Shown here in pieces: positions 12,735-26,389 of a DNA stretch of 64,000 nucleotides. Position numbers and translations under genes: made by a program. Source of the stretch: Octopus sinensis (Eukaryota); the NCBI RefSeq assembly GCF_006345805.1, contig NC_043026.1, positions 4,588,001-4,652,000 on the forward strand, given 5' to 3'. How positions within the stretch are numbered: the first letter of the stretch is position 1; each line of letters begins with the position of its first letter. The notes under the pieces were generated by a model. It made no database searches. It was not told where the DNA came from and saw only the letters and a list, made by a program, of their open reading frames with translations.

Positions 12735-13319
12735 TGTAGTGGATGCGTGGGTGTATTAATAAATACATAAGTGCTTTGTAATAAATTAAAGATTTATTAT
12801 CACTACATCAATTTGTAAGCAATGCTACACATCGCTTGTACAAAATGCATATTAAATAGTGGTTGCAAATAATACATATTAAAGGAATGCATAATACAGG
12901 ATACACATTAAAGCAGAATATGTTTGATGGTGTGTGTGTGTGTGTGTGTGTAAATCATGCATGACAGAGTCACCTTTCTGAATATTCTTTCGTCATCCTC
13001 ATAAATGCGTGACGTTCTCTTAAACGTTGGTTCGGGTTCTCTCTAGATACCTATTTCTCCGTTCTATTTATAACATCTCAAATAGCCAGAAAAATAGATA
13101 TACCGCAAGAGTGTTATTGCGTACAGTAGGTCGCTGGTCGTCCTATTAAACTTCGCCTGACCTGCTCGGGTCAGAGGTCGAAGGGAGACGATCCATCATT
13201 TTTTGTCAGAACAAAGAGATTCTGATTTCGCGCCTTTTTGTGCATTGGTATTTTACGACCAATGATTCTTGGGTCTGATTTCGAATCCAAGCTTAGAGAA
13301 GGAAGTGCTAATTCTTACA
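12735..13319 (-). repeat. 5' LTR
   Basis: Differs from the 3' LTR by a handful of substitutions, a 4-bp indel and (TG)n length. Confidence 0.95.
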
Positions 13320-13956
13320 CATTCATCAACATTGTTAGTTTACGTTTCTTTGTTTGGTACTACTTTAAGAGGCATTCTTTCGATATAACTCGACAAAATC
13401 AAAACATTTCACTTCGGGTATCTCCGTGGGTTGTGGAGTTTAGATATAACGAAATTATGCCAGCAATGTCTAGTTTTAAACTTGAAGAAAGAAAAAGCCT
13501 TGCATATTTGTTCTTCCCTGTTTCAGGTGTGTATGTAAAATCCGCAAATTTCCAAGCAGAAAACAGAATCGAACTGTCGTTTGCTTCCACGTCTCTGTAT
13601 CTTAGATTCTTGTTTCTTTATTTTTTCAGAATATCAGATGACATTGGCACAACAGAAGATATACAAAGCAGATATATAACATTGTTTCTATAAATATGGT
13701 GTAGATTTCTGTGAAATATTTGTTCTAATCTGATATTAATAGCAACACTTTTGCACTTCACTGACTGGAGTGCCAAGAGGATGAGATTGTGTGCTAAGTA
13801 AAGTTGGATACAAGTGTTACTAGAGAAAGAAACCAGTGGAAATATTTGTAAGATTAAACAATAGGAAGAAAACCAAGAAAAGTATATTTACATTGTGATT
13901 TGAGAGAAGTAATAATGGAAAAGAGTGAGAAGCTTAAAGAATTGATTTCCCATTAA

Positions 13957-15130
<1,174 letters not shown>

Positions 15131-15602
15131 GAGGGGAGAAAGGAAAAGGCTACTTTGTATGGTTCTTTTGTAATCTTCTTTTTCTTTTTAATATTCCCGT
15201 GAGTCATGTAATTGACACCATGACTCTGAAAATAACGTTTTTACAAAAATTTCAGTTTTTGTCTCTTTTTTGAAAAATTTCTCTCAGCTTCCTCCTTTAC
15301 TTCCATTCCCATTTCATTTTCCATGATGTAGGGACCTCTATACTGAAATTCCTCCTGGCAACCCTACACATGGCTCTTTGCTGAATATCACTTCCCTAAT
15401 TTACTGTATATTTATTCATTATTAAATTTTAAATACTTTGCTCATTAAATGTGTTAACAGTTACGTATATTAGGAGTTTTTCAAACACAGAAATGCAGTA
15501 AAGTTGTCAAATATTCAACAACGAAAATATTCAATCTTTTATCTTAAATATATGAGACGTTCGGTTTCTGACATTTTCATTCTTTGTGTCTCTTCTGTCT
15601 TT

Positions 15603-16629
15603 TATGGAAGAGAGATGTCCATTATTTATGCAAGATTTGGCTGCTATTTCTAGCTATGGAAGAGAGATGTATACTATTTGTGCGAGATTTGGCTGCTATT
15701 TCTAGCTATGGAAGAGAGATGTCCAGGATTTATGCAAGATTTGGCTGCTATTTCTAGCTATGGAAGAGAGATGTCTATGATTTATGCAAGATTTGGCTGC
15801 TATTTCTAGCTATAGAAGAGAGATGTCTATGATTTATGCAAGATTTGGCTGCTATTTCTAGCTATGGAAGAGAGATGTCTATGATTTATGCAAGATTTGG
15901 CTGCTATTTCTAGCTATGGAAGAGAGATGTCCAGGATTTATGCAAGATTTGGCTGCTATTTCTAGCTATGGAAGAGAGATGTCCAGGATTTATGCAAGAT
16001 TTGGCTGCTATTTCTAGCTATGGAAGAGAGATGTCTATGATTTATGCAAGATTTGGCTGCTATTTCTAGCTATGGAAGAGAAATATCTATGATTTATGCA
16101 AGATTTGGCTGCTATTTCTAGCTAAGGAAGAGAGATGTCTATGATTTATGCAAGATTTGGCTGCTATTTCTAGCTATGGAAGAGATGTCCATGAGGTATT
16201 ACTTAAGAAGAGTGGTCCTGGTGCGTGCACTCGCGCATCCACGCTAGCTGCTTGTGACCAGTTGATTCTACAACGACTACATAGCAAAGTAAATAATTTT
16301 TTTTAAAACAAAGGAAATAAAACACAAATAAGGATCGACTAGTCACGACTAGCTAGGGCGAGTGCCTGCACCGGGACCACTCTTCTTAAGTAGTACCTAT
16401 CCATCATTTGTGCGAGATTTGGCTGCTATTTCTAGCAATGTAAGAGAGATGTTTATGATTTGTGCGATATTTGGCTGCTATTTCTAGCAATGTAAGAGAG
16501 ATGTTTATGATTTGTGCGAGATTTGGCTGCTATTTCTAGCAATGTAAGAGAGATGTCTTTGTTTTGTGCGAGATTTTGCTGCTATTTCTAGCTATGGAAG
16601 AGAGATGTCCAGGATTTATGCAAGATTTG
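15603..16629. repeat. 52-bp minisatellite, about 15-16 units, split by a MITE
   Basis: Unit tatggaagagagatgtctatgatttatgcaagatttggctgctatttctagc. Confidence 0.95.
16193..16399. mobile_element. 207-bp MITE with ~40-bp TIRs and 5-bp TSD
   Basis: gaggtattacttaagaagagtggtcctggtgcgtgcactcgc versus gcgagtgcctgcaccgggaccactcttcttaagtagtacct. TSD tccat at 16188-16192 and 16400-16404. Confidence 0.85.
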
Positions 16630-16856
16630 ATACAAAATGGCTGACGGTTAGTAAGGAGAGACACAAATAAGAAAGAAGAAAACAAAGGACCACTGAGGCG
16701 GTCACAGGAGTGTGACGAAAGAACTCTGGCCGAAATAAGATTAAGATTAATGTAAAAAATAAATAACACCAAATATATAGTGCGTGTGTTTTTATTGGCT
16801 AATCTGGCAATATGACCATTCCGAAATATAAAAATATATATATATATAAGTATATA

Positions 16857-16897
<41 letters not shown>

Positions 16898-16900
<3 letters not shown>

Positions 16901-19386
16901 CCTTCCAGACCTAGAATTACGTGGTGGTGGAATAGTGCAGTAGATAAAGCCATCTGTGAAAAGAGACGGGCCTGGAAAGCCTGGAAGGATGGGGGCAGCA
17001 GGGAACTGTACCAGATAGCCAAAAGGGAGGCTGGGCGGCAGGTATACATTGCCAAAGATGTAGCAGAAAAGAAGAAGTTTGCCAATGTCCAGCGTCGCGA
17101 GGATCAAAGAGCTGAAGTATTTCGGATTGCCAGACAGTGTGTCAGAGAAAATAGCGATGTTATAGGAGAGAAATGTGTCCGCATGGATGATGGGGCACTT
17201 GCTTTTACTACTAGTGAAAAGAAAGAGGCTTGGAAAAGCCATTATGAAAGACTGCTGAATGAGGAGAATGAATGGGAGGAGGAGAGCCTGCCAAATGTTG
17301 ACCCAGTAGAGGGACCAGCTACCCGAATAGACAGCTCCCTTGTAGATAAGGCAATTAAGGATATGAAACCAGGCAAAGCCCCTGGCCTATCAGGAATCAC
17401 TGCTGAGATGCTTAAAACAGCTGGCTATGTGGGCCATGCCATAGTCACCCGCATTGTAAACCAGGTAGTTCACAATGGAGCAATACCCAATGACTGGTGC
17501 AGCAGTACCATAGTCAACTGCTACAAGGGTAAGGGTGATGCTCTAGATAGAAATAACTACAGAGGTATCAAACTGTTGGACCAGGTGATGAAGGTCTCAG
17601 AGAAGGTCATAACCAATCTCATTAGGGAGAGAATTTGTTTAGATGAAATGCAGTTCGGTTTTGTACCAGGTAGAAGCACCACTGATGCTATATTCCTGGT
17701 CCGACAACTGCAGGAGAAGTACCTAGCTAAAGATAAACCCCTCTACATAGCTTTTGTAGACTTGGAGAAAGCCTTTGACAGGGTTCCCCGTTCCCTTATC
17801 TGGTGGTCGATGCGGAAACTGGAGATTGAAGAATGGCTAATAAGGGCTGTACAGGCTCTATACAGAGAGGCTGTTAGCAAGGTTAGGATTGGCAACGAAT
17901 ATAGTGAAGAATTCCGAGTAGAAGTAGGTGTACACCAGGGCTCAGCCCTCAGTCCCCTTTTATTCATCATAGTCCTTCAGGCAATAACAGAGGAATTCAA
18001 AACGGGATGCCCCTGGGAGCTCCTCTATGCCGATGACCTAGCTCTCATAGCAGAATCACTACCGGAACTAGAAGAGAAATTTCGGGTGTGGAAGCAAGGG
18101 TTGGAATCAAAGGGCCTTAGAATAAATGTAGCAAAGACCAAAGTATTAGTAAGCAGCAAGAGGTACTCAACACACATCCCCTCGGGTAGGTGGCCCTGCT
18201 CAACCTGTAGGAAAGGTACAGGTAGAAACTCCATAAGATGCACCCAATGTAAGTTATGGACACATAAGAGGTGCAGCAACATTAAAGGGAAATTAACAGA
18301 TAAGATAGCTTTCATGTGCGGCAGATGCACAGGGACAATAGACACAACAGACACTCAGAAAACAGATTCCATCACACTCCAGGGAGAGAAACTAGAAGTA
18401 GTTGATAGTTTCCGCTACCTGGGAGACCAAGTTAGTAGCGGAGGTGGATGCACAGAGAGTATCACCACTAGAATACGAATAGCCTGGGCAAAGTTCAGAA
18501 AGCTCCTACCCCTACTGGCAACAAAAGGCCTCTCCCTCAGAGCAAAAGGTAGATTGTATGATGCATGTGTGCGAACTGCCATGCTTCACGGTAATGAAAC
18601 ATGGGCTGTGACTGCAGAAGACATGCGTAGACTTGAAAGAAATGAAGCTAGCATGATCCGCTGGATGTGTAGTGTCAGTGTGCACGCAAAACAGAGTGTA
18701 AGTATCCTGAGAGAAATGCTGGATATAAGAAGCATCAGATGTGGTGTGCAAGAGCGACGCTTGCGATGGTATGGTCATGTGCTGCGGATGGATGAAGAGA
18801 GATGTGTGAAGAAGTGCCACTCCCAAACAGTTGAAGGTATCAGGAGGAGAGGTAGACCCAGGAAGACATGGGATGAGGTGGTCAAGCATGACCTCAGAGC
18901 ATTGGGCCTCACTGAGGCAATGACGAAGGACCGAGATCTCTGGAGATATGCTGTGACTACAAAGACCCGGGCTGCTTTCTGCAGCAATTCCACATACCCC
19001 CTACCCATTCTAAGTACCCCGGATCCCCAAAGTACCCCGGATCCCCAAAGTACCCCGGATCCCCAAAGTACCCTGGATCCCCAAAATACCCCGATCCCCA
19101 AAGTACCCCGGACCTCGTTGCCCCCGTGCCGCTGACACGTTAAAATGCTCGAACCGATCGTGACGATGCCGGACCCTCCGGCCCCTGTGCAGGTGGCACG
19201 TAAAAAGCACCCAATCCACTCACGGAGTGGTTGGCGTTAGGAAGGGCATCCAGCCGTAGAAACTCTGCCAGATTCAGACTGGAGCCTGGAGCGGCCCCTG
19301 GCTTCCCAGACCCGGTCAAACCGTCCAACCCGTGCTAGCGCGGAAAGCGGACGTTAAACGATGATGATGATGATGATGATGATGAT
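16898..19386 (+). mobile_element. RTE-clade LINE, 5'-truncated, uninterrupted RT frame 16898-19135, (GAT)n tail
   Basis: NYRGIKLL, QFGFVPGRSTTDAIF, FVDLEKAFDRVP, GVHQGSALSPLLF, LLYADDL, FRYLG. The 3' UTR ends ...ggacgttaaacgatgatgat. Confidence 0.96.
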
Positions 19387-19397
19387 ACATATATATA

Positions 19398-19800
19398 GGC
19401 GCAGGAGTGGCTGTGTGGTAAGTAGCTTGCTAACCAACCACATGGTTCCGGGTTCAGTCCTACTGCGTGGCATCTTGGGCAAGTGTCTTCTGCTATAGCC
19501 CCGGGCCGACCAATGCCTTGTGAGTGGATTTGGTAGACGGAAACTGAAAGAAGCCTGTCGTATATATGTATATATATATATTTATGTGTGTGTGTTTGTG
19601 TGTCTGTGTTTGTCCCCCTAGCATTGCTTGACAACCGATGCTGGTGTGTTTACGTCCCCATCACTTAGCGGTTCGGCAAAAGAGACCGATCGAATAAGTA
19701 CTGGGCTTACAAAGAATAAGTCCCGGGGTCGATTTGCTCGACTAAAAAAAGGCGGTGCTCCAGCATGGCCGCAGTCAAATGACTGAAACAAGTAAAAGAG
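19398..19800 (+). mobile_element. Full-length tRNA-derived SINE
   Basis: Box A-like tggctgtgtggt, box B-like ggttcagtcc, cttgggcaagtgtctt core, internal (TA)/(TG) tract. Many copies in the window. Confidence 0.88.
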
Positions 19801-19809
19801 TATATATAC

Positions 19810-19979
19810 ATATATGTACATACATACGTATTGAATTTGTATGATTCACTAATACAATTCTTTCCTTCATCTGTTTTTTAATTTCATATCCTTTTTCAAA
19901 CAATGGAATGTGTTTATGTATATGTGTGGGTGTGTGTTTGGCTATGAACAATACCTGAAAGACATCACCATTATATATA

Positions 19980-20034
<55 letters not shown>

Positions 20035-21036
20035 CTACATATAGACGCTGGGGACATCACAAATATACACACACCATACATTTAAACAAGTTTACACACA
20101 CATACTTGTTATATTCCAATAATATAAAGTATAGTTTGAATATAACTATGTCAAAACTACAAAGTGGGGGGGGGTGTTACTGTAGCTTTTTAGCCGCAGG
20201 AGATCATCGTCTCCAGCTGGCTTTAGACACCCTTTCAGTGCCCTTGAAGTGTTTGCAAAAGGAGGCCATCCCTTCCTCGCATACGCACCGGACCGGTTTT
20301 GCGATTATTGTCTCTTATCAATGGGCGGTAACCACCAGATCATGATTCAGGCTTGTGAGAAAGGGATGGCCTCCTTTTGCAAATACTTCAAGGGCACAGA
20401 AAGTGTGTCTAAAGCCAGCTGGAGACGATGATCTCCTGGGGCTAAAAAGCTACAGTAACACCCCCACTTTGTGGTTAGCCATATTGAGATGGCTTTTATA
20501 CTTTACATTTATCGAGCGGTTAAGTTTTACATCTCGCTCCGAGATTTAATAATGCTTATGTCAAAACTATCTGATGGAAATTATAGGAATGGATATGTTC
20601 ATCAAAGGATACACAATATTAGGTAGTATACAGTGGATATTGGGCAAGTGCCTGCTACTAGAGCCTTAGGCTGACCATAGCCTTGTCAGAAGATTTGGTA
20701 GCCAGAAGCCTGTCATGATTATATATATATATTTGTGTATCTGTGTTTGTGTCCCTGTAACTTAGTGGTTCACCAAAAACGGGCCAATAGAATGAGTACT
20801 AGGCTTACAAAGAATAAGTTCTGGTGTCGATCTCTCGGACCAGCACTCTTGAAGGAGGTGCTCCAGCATGGCCACTTTCAAATGAGTGAAACAATTAAGA
20901 GACGAAAAGAATACTTATATATATTTATACACGTTTTTATTAAAGCTGCAAAAATGTCACAAAAAATCTCACTAAGTTAACTCTACCTTCGGTAGTTGAG
21001 CACTATTTTTGCCCCTTGCTTTTCATTTATGTGTAC

Positions 21037-21072
<36 letters not shown>

Positions 21073-21271
21073 GTATATATACATACATACATACAGGTTC
21101 ATCCCTCTCCTTATACATACACACTTATGTATTGTATTTGTATGATTCACTTAGTCAATTTTTTCTTTCATCTATTATTCAGTTTCTTTACTTTTTAAAT
21201 CAATAAATTCTGTTTGTGTACCTGTGTGTGTATGTGTTTGACTATGAACGATACCTGAAAGATATCACCAC

Positions 21272-21317
<46 letters not shown>

Positions 21318-22523
21318 TTTCGACATATAGATGCTGGGGACATCACAAATTTATATGCACCATACATTTAAACAAGTTTACACACGCACACACAAATACA
21401 CAAAAGTTACCAAGGTAACGCCCACACATCTATAAACTTCTTCCTGGTATGTTATCGATCCCTCGCTAACAGCTTCAGAAGTCATACGTATGTTTGTGTT
21501 TGACTGAACTGGTTTCACAAGATTTTGCTGAGATACAAAGAGACTTGAGGCTAGGACTGGAACGTATTCTTTTCCTGAATTCGTGTGTTGAAGCATATTT
21601 TGTTGTGTCTGGGGTGAGTCATTCTGTTTAAATGTCTTATTAGTTAACGATTCTACTAAAAGCACAAAGCTTCAAATATTTTGGGGGGCCGGAATTAAGT
21701 TGATTGCATCAACCCCTGTGTTTCACTGTAACTTAATTTATCGACCCTGAAAGGATGAAAAGTAAAGTTGACCTCAGCGGAATTTGAACTCAGAACATAC
21801 CGATGCTAAGCATGTAGTCCAGCTTACTAACGATTCCGCCGGCTCCTCACCTAAAATGCCTTATTAATTAACATACTCACCAGTTCACTTTCCACTCATT
21901 TACTTAATCAATTTTTTTTTTTCTTAAATTTTCATTACTTCTTGCAACCTCTTCATTTAATTAAATCACAAATCAGAAAAGAAAACTTTAGTTATACTCC
22001 TGCTTCAAATCTGATGGCATTGGGTGTGGCAGCGAACTCAATACAACAACCACCATACACCACTGCTTAGATAGGAACTTGCTTCATTTTCATATATTTT
22101 ATAAGACTAGAAACTGTTAAAACATTTTACAGTGTCCCTTACCTTTCCAGAGTATTCAGGGTGATTGCAAAGTAACTCCTAATTTAAAAATACTTTTCTA
22201 TTATTTATTAATTGTAATTTATTTCTCAAGTCTTTTGTGTTTGTTCTTTTTTCTTAAGTATGAGAATTTAATCTGTAATCGTATTGCACTTGTCGTTGGT
22301 GAATGGCCCCTTCCCCAGGGGATGGATGGGTCGCATGAGGGGTCAGCCAAGAGACCTAACTAAACACCCTGTGAGTTCTTTGTTTGGGGTCGGTTGAAAG
22401 AACAAGTCTATTGTACGAAAGCAGAGACTCTGGAAGAACTGGAACGGCAATTACAAGAAATCATACATCTTCTTCCATCGCATCAGAGTTCCTGGTGAAA
22501 TCACTTCATGCAATTCCTGGCTG

Positions 22524-22525
<2 letters not shown>
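19810..22525. repeat. Copy of the ~2.2-kb compound repeat unit
   Basis: Collinear with 27420-28740 and 28900-29800, with the same nested TE-fragment junctions. Confidence 0.85.
20160..20471. mobile_element. Foldback element with ~120-bp inverted arms
   Basis: 20160-20281 is the reverse complement of 20354-20471 with few mismatches; ~70-bp spacer. Confidence 0.8.
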
Positions 22526-22558
<33 letters not shown>

Positions 22559-22562
22559 TGTA

Positions 22563-22630
<68 letters not shown>

Positions 22631-22631
22631 A

Positions 22632-22705
<74 letters not shown>

Positions 22706-23084
22706 GTATATGTATATGAATATAATAATAAATATTAGGGAATAAATCCAAACTTACAGGGAAAAATCAGATTTAGGATTGAATCCAATTTTATAGTAAA
22801 ATCCTATATTATATTAAATTAGAGACAAAACCACTATGAGGCAAATCATACAATGAAAAACTTAAGCCAATACATAAGATTATTTAATTTATATTATTTA
22901 AATATATAACAAAAAATATTTAAAAAATATATTTAATACATCACTACGATCGTTTCATGGCTGTTAATTAAATAATCTTATGTAATGGCTTAAGTTTATT
23001 CATTGTATAATTTGCCCAATAGTGGTTTTGTCTCTTATTTAATATAATGTATATGAATATATATACATATATATATACATCGAT

Positions 23085-26000
23085 CGGGCCAACATACCAG
23101 CCAAATTGACTACATCCTTGCCAGGCAAAGGGAGAGATGGCTACTTATAAATGCCAAAACCTTCCCAGGCGAAGAATGCACCCCACAACATAGACTGGTA
23201 GTTAGTGACTTTAGGATCAGAAGTAGGAGAACAACCAGAAGACGACCAACATGGAGAAGAAGGATCTGGAAGCTTAAGGATCCTGTGAATGGACAGAGAT
23301 TTAGAGACATGTTACTTGAAGCCTTTGACGAAGTAGAAAGTAGAAGGGGATAGTGTATCACATGGGGTAGAGGACAACTGGACGTTTCTAAGGGACAACC
23401 TGCTGAGAGCCACTGACCAGATCTGTGGCTGGTGCAAAGTCCCCTCTCGTCCCAAGGTAACGTGTGGTGGTGGAACAGTGTCGTAGACAGGGCTATTAGA
23501 GAAAAGAGACAGACTTGGAAGCACTGGAAGAATGGTGGTAGCAGGGAATTGTATCAGACTGCTAAAAGGGAAGCTAGGAGACAGGTCTATCTAGCCAGAG
23601 GGGAAGCAGATAAGAAAAAATTTGCCAATGTTCTGCGCCGTGAGGACCAAAGACTGGAGGTGTTTCGCGTTGCAAGACAGTGTGTGAGAGAGAATTGTGA
23701 TGTGGTGGGAGAGAAGTGTGTTCGCATGGAAGATGGTTCACTTGCGCTAAACGAGGATGCAAAGAGAGAGGCTTGGAGATGCCACTATGAAAGGTTGCTG
23801 AATAAAGAAAATGAATGGGATAAAGAGAGTCTGCCGAACGTTGACCCAACAGAGGGACCAGCTATCAGGGTTGATAGTTCCTTAGTAGCTAAGGCAATTA
23901 GAAGCATGAAGACAGGGAAAGCCCCAGGCCCATCAGGTATCACTGCAGAGATGCTCAAAATATCTGGTAGTGTCGGCTATAGCCTAGTCACCTGTATAGT
24001 TAATCATGTGATACATGAAGGAGTCATACCCAATGACTGGTGTGTAGCAGCATAATAGTCAACTGCTACAAAGGTAAAGGTGATGCCCTAGATACAAATA
24101 ATTACAGAGGTATCAAGCTGTTGGATCAGGTGATGAAGGTTACAGAGAGGGTCATAAGCCAACTAATTAGAGAGAGAGTTAGTTTAGATGAGATGCAGTT
24201 TGGTTTCGTGCCAGGGAAAAGTACCACTGATGCTATATTCCTGGTAAGGCAGCTGCAGGAGAAATACCTAGCCAAAGATAAGGCCATGTACCTGGCTTTT
24301 GTTGACATGGAGAAAGCCTTCGACAGGGTCCCCCGATCCCTCATATGGTGGTCAATGAGGAACTAGGAATAGAAGAATGGTTAGTGAGAGCTGTGCAAGC
24401 CATGTACAGGGACGCTGCTAGTAAGGTGAGGGTTGGAAATGAGTACAGTGAAGAATTCCGGGTAGAGGTAGGGGTCCACCAAGGCTCAGTCCTCAGCCCC
24501 CTCCTATTTATCATAGTCCTCCAGGCAATAACGGAGGAATTCAAGACAGGATGCCCCTGGGAGCTCCTCTATGCTGATGACCTTGCTCTAATTGCTGAGT
24601 CATTATCAGAACTGGAGAAGAAGTTTCAGGTGTGGAAGCATGGTTTAGAATCGAAGGGCCTTAGAGTCAACCTAGCTAACCAAAGTCGTAATAAGTAGGA
24701 AGGTAGACAAATCACAAACGCCTTCAGGTAGATGGCCCTGCTCGATCTGTAGAAAAGGTGTAGGTAGAAACTCTATAAGATGCACCAAGTGTAAGCTATG
24801 GACACATAAGAGGTGCAGCAATGTCATAGGAAGGCTAACTAGGAAGATGGTTTTTGTATGTGGCAGATGCTCGGGAGCATTAACCTCTGAAAATCTGCAG
24901 AAAACAACTTCCGTCACTTTCCAGGGGGAAAAACTAGAAGTGGTTGATAGCTTCCGTTATCTTGGTGACCAAGTCAGTAGTGGGGGTGGGGGTGCTGAAA
25001 GTGTAACGGCTAGAGTAAGAATAGCCTGGGCAAAGTTTAGGGAGCTCTTACCTCTGTTGGTGACTAAAGGCCTCTCGCTCAGAGTAAAAGGCAGACTGTA
25101 TGATGCATGTGTACGAACAGCCATGCTACATGGCAGTGAAACATGGGCCGTGACTGCTGAGGACATGCGTAAGCTCGCGAGAAATGAAGCTAGTATGCTC
25201 CGTTGGATGTGTAATGTCAGTGTTCATAGTCGACAGAGTGTAAGTACCTTGAGAGAAAAGTTGGACCTAAGAGGAATCAGATGTGTTGTGTGCAAGAGAG
25301 ACGATTGCGCTGGTATGGTCATGTGGTGAGAATGGATGAAGATAGGTGTGTGAAAAAGTGCCACACCCTGGCAGTTGAGGGGACCTGTGGAAGAGGTAGA
25401 CCCAGGAAAACCTGGGTCGAGGTGGTGAAGCACGACCTTCGAACTCTAGGTCTCACCAAGGAAATGACCAGAGACCGAGACCTATGGAAGTATGCTGTGC
25501 GTGAGAAGACCTGGCAAGACCAGTGAGAACAATCAAAATCAAATCATATATCAGAAAGCAGGGGTTAAGTGACCCATCCGTTCATGTCCGCTGTCAGCCT
25601 CGTCTGGCACCCGTGCCGGTGATACGTAAAAGCACCATTCGCTCATGGCCGTTTACCAGCTCTGCCTGGCCCCGTGTCGGTGGCACGTAAAAGCACCATC
25701 CATTCGTGTTCGTTGCCAGCCTCGCCTGGCCCCGTGCCGGTGACACGTGAAAGCACCGTCCGTTCGTGGCCGTTGGCCAGCTCTGTCTGGCCCCGTGTCG
25801 GTGGCACGTAAAAGCACCATCCGTTCGTGGCCATTTGCCAGCTCTGTCTGGCCCCGTGTCGGTGGCACGTAAAAGCACCATCCGTCCGTGTCCATTGCCA
25901 GCCTCAGCTGGCCCCCGTGCCGGTGACACGTAAAAGCACCGTCTGCTCGTGGCCGTTTGCCAGCTCTGTCTGGCAACCGTGTCGGTGGCACGTAAAAGCA

Positions 26001-26342
26001 CCATCTGTTCGCGTCCGTTGCCAGCCTCGGCTGGCCCCCGTGCCGGTGACACGTAAAAGCACCATCCGTTCGTGTCTGTTGCCAGCATCGCCTGGCCCCG
26101 AGCCGGTGACACGTAAAAGCATCATCCGTTCGTGGCCGTTCACCAGCTCTGTCTGGCACCTGTGCAGGTGGCACGTAAAAAACACCCACTACACTCGCGG
26201 AGTGGTTGGCGTTAGGAAGGGCATCCAGCCGTAGAAACACTGCCAGATCTGACTGGGCCTGACGAAGCCTTCCAGCTTCACAGACCCCAGTTGACCCGTC
26301 CAACCCATGCTAGCATGGAAAACGGACGCTAAACGATGATGA

Positions 26343-26346
<4 letters not shown>
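23085..26346 (+). mobile_element. RTE-clade LINE, second subfamily, truncated within the APE domain and frameshifted
   Basis: SQIDYILARQ...TPQHRLVVSDF (end of endonuclease), RT pieces 23432-25526 homologous to the first RTE, same 3' UTR and (GAT)n tail. Confidence 0.95.
25590..26190 (+). repeat. ~61-bp minisatellite, about 10 copies, inside the RTE 3' UTR
   Basis: ggtg(g/a)cacgtaaaagcacc recurs at about 25618, 25679, 25739, 25801, 25861, 25922, 25985, 26046, 26106 and 26168. Confidence 0.93.

Positions 26347-26389
<43 letters not shown>

Larger units (their letters stand above)
7438..13319 (-). mobile_element. Ty3/gypsy LTR retrotransposon (CsRn1-like), full length but defective
   Basis: Two ~585-bp LTRs (TGT...ACA), PBS, PPT, gene order gag-PR-RT-RH-IN, CHCC-type gag knuckle. 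Nonsense codon in gag and frameshifts in RT/RH. Confidence 0.97.

Noticed and set aside
16690-16735. Additional hammerhead-like strings (ctgaggcg-gtcac...gtgac-gaaa here; gaaacatatgta near 51396)
   Set aside because: Core nucleotides or the cleavage triplet are wrong or missing and no stem I is evident, so chance cannot be excluded.
25590-26190. Regularly spaced 19-bp motif resembling a CRISPR array
   Set aside because: The 'spacers' are similar to each other, the array lies in a LINE 3' UTR, and there are no cas genes in this eukaryotic context. The same applies to the 52-bp array at 15603-16629.
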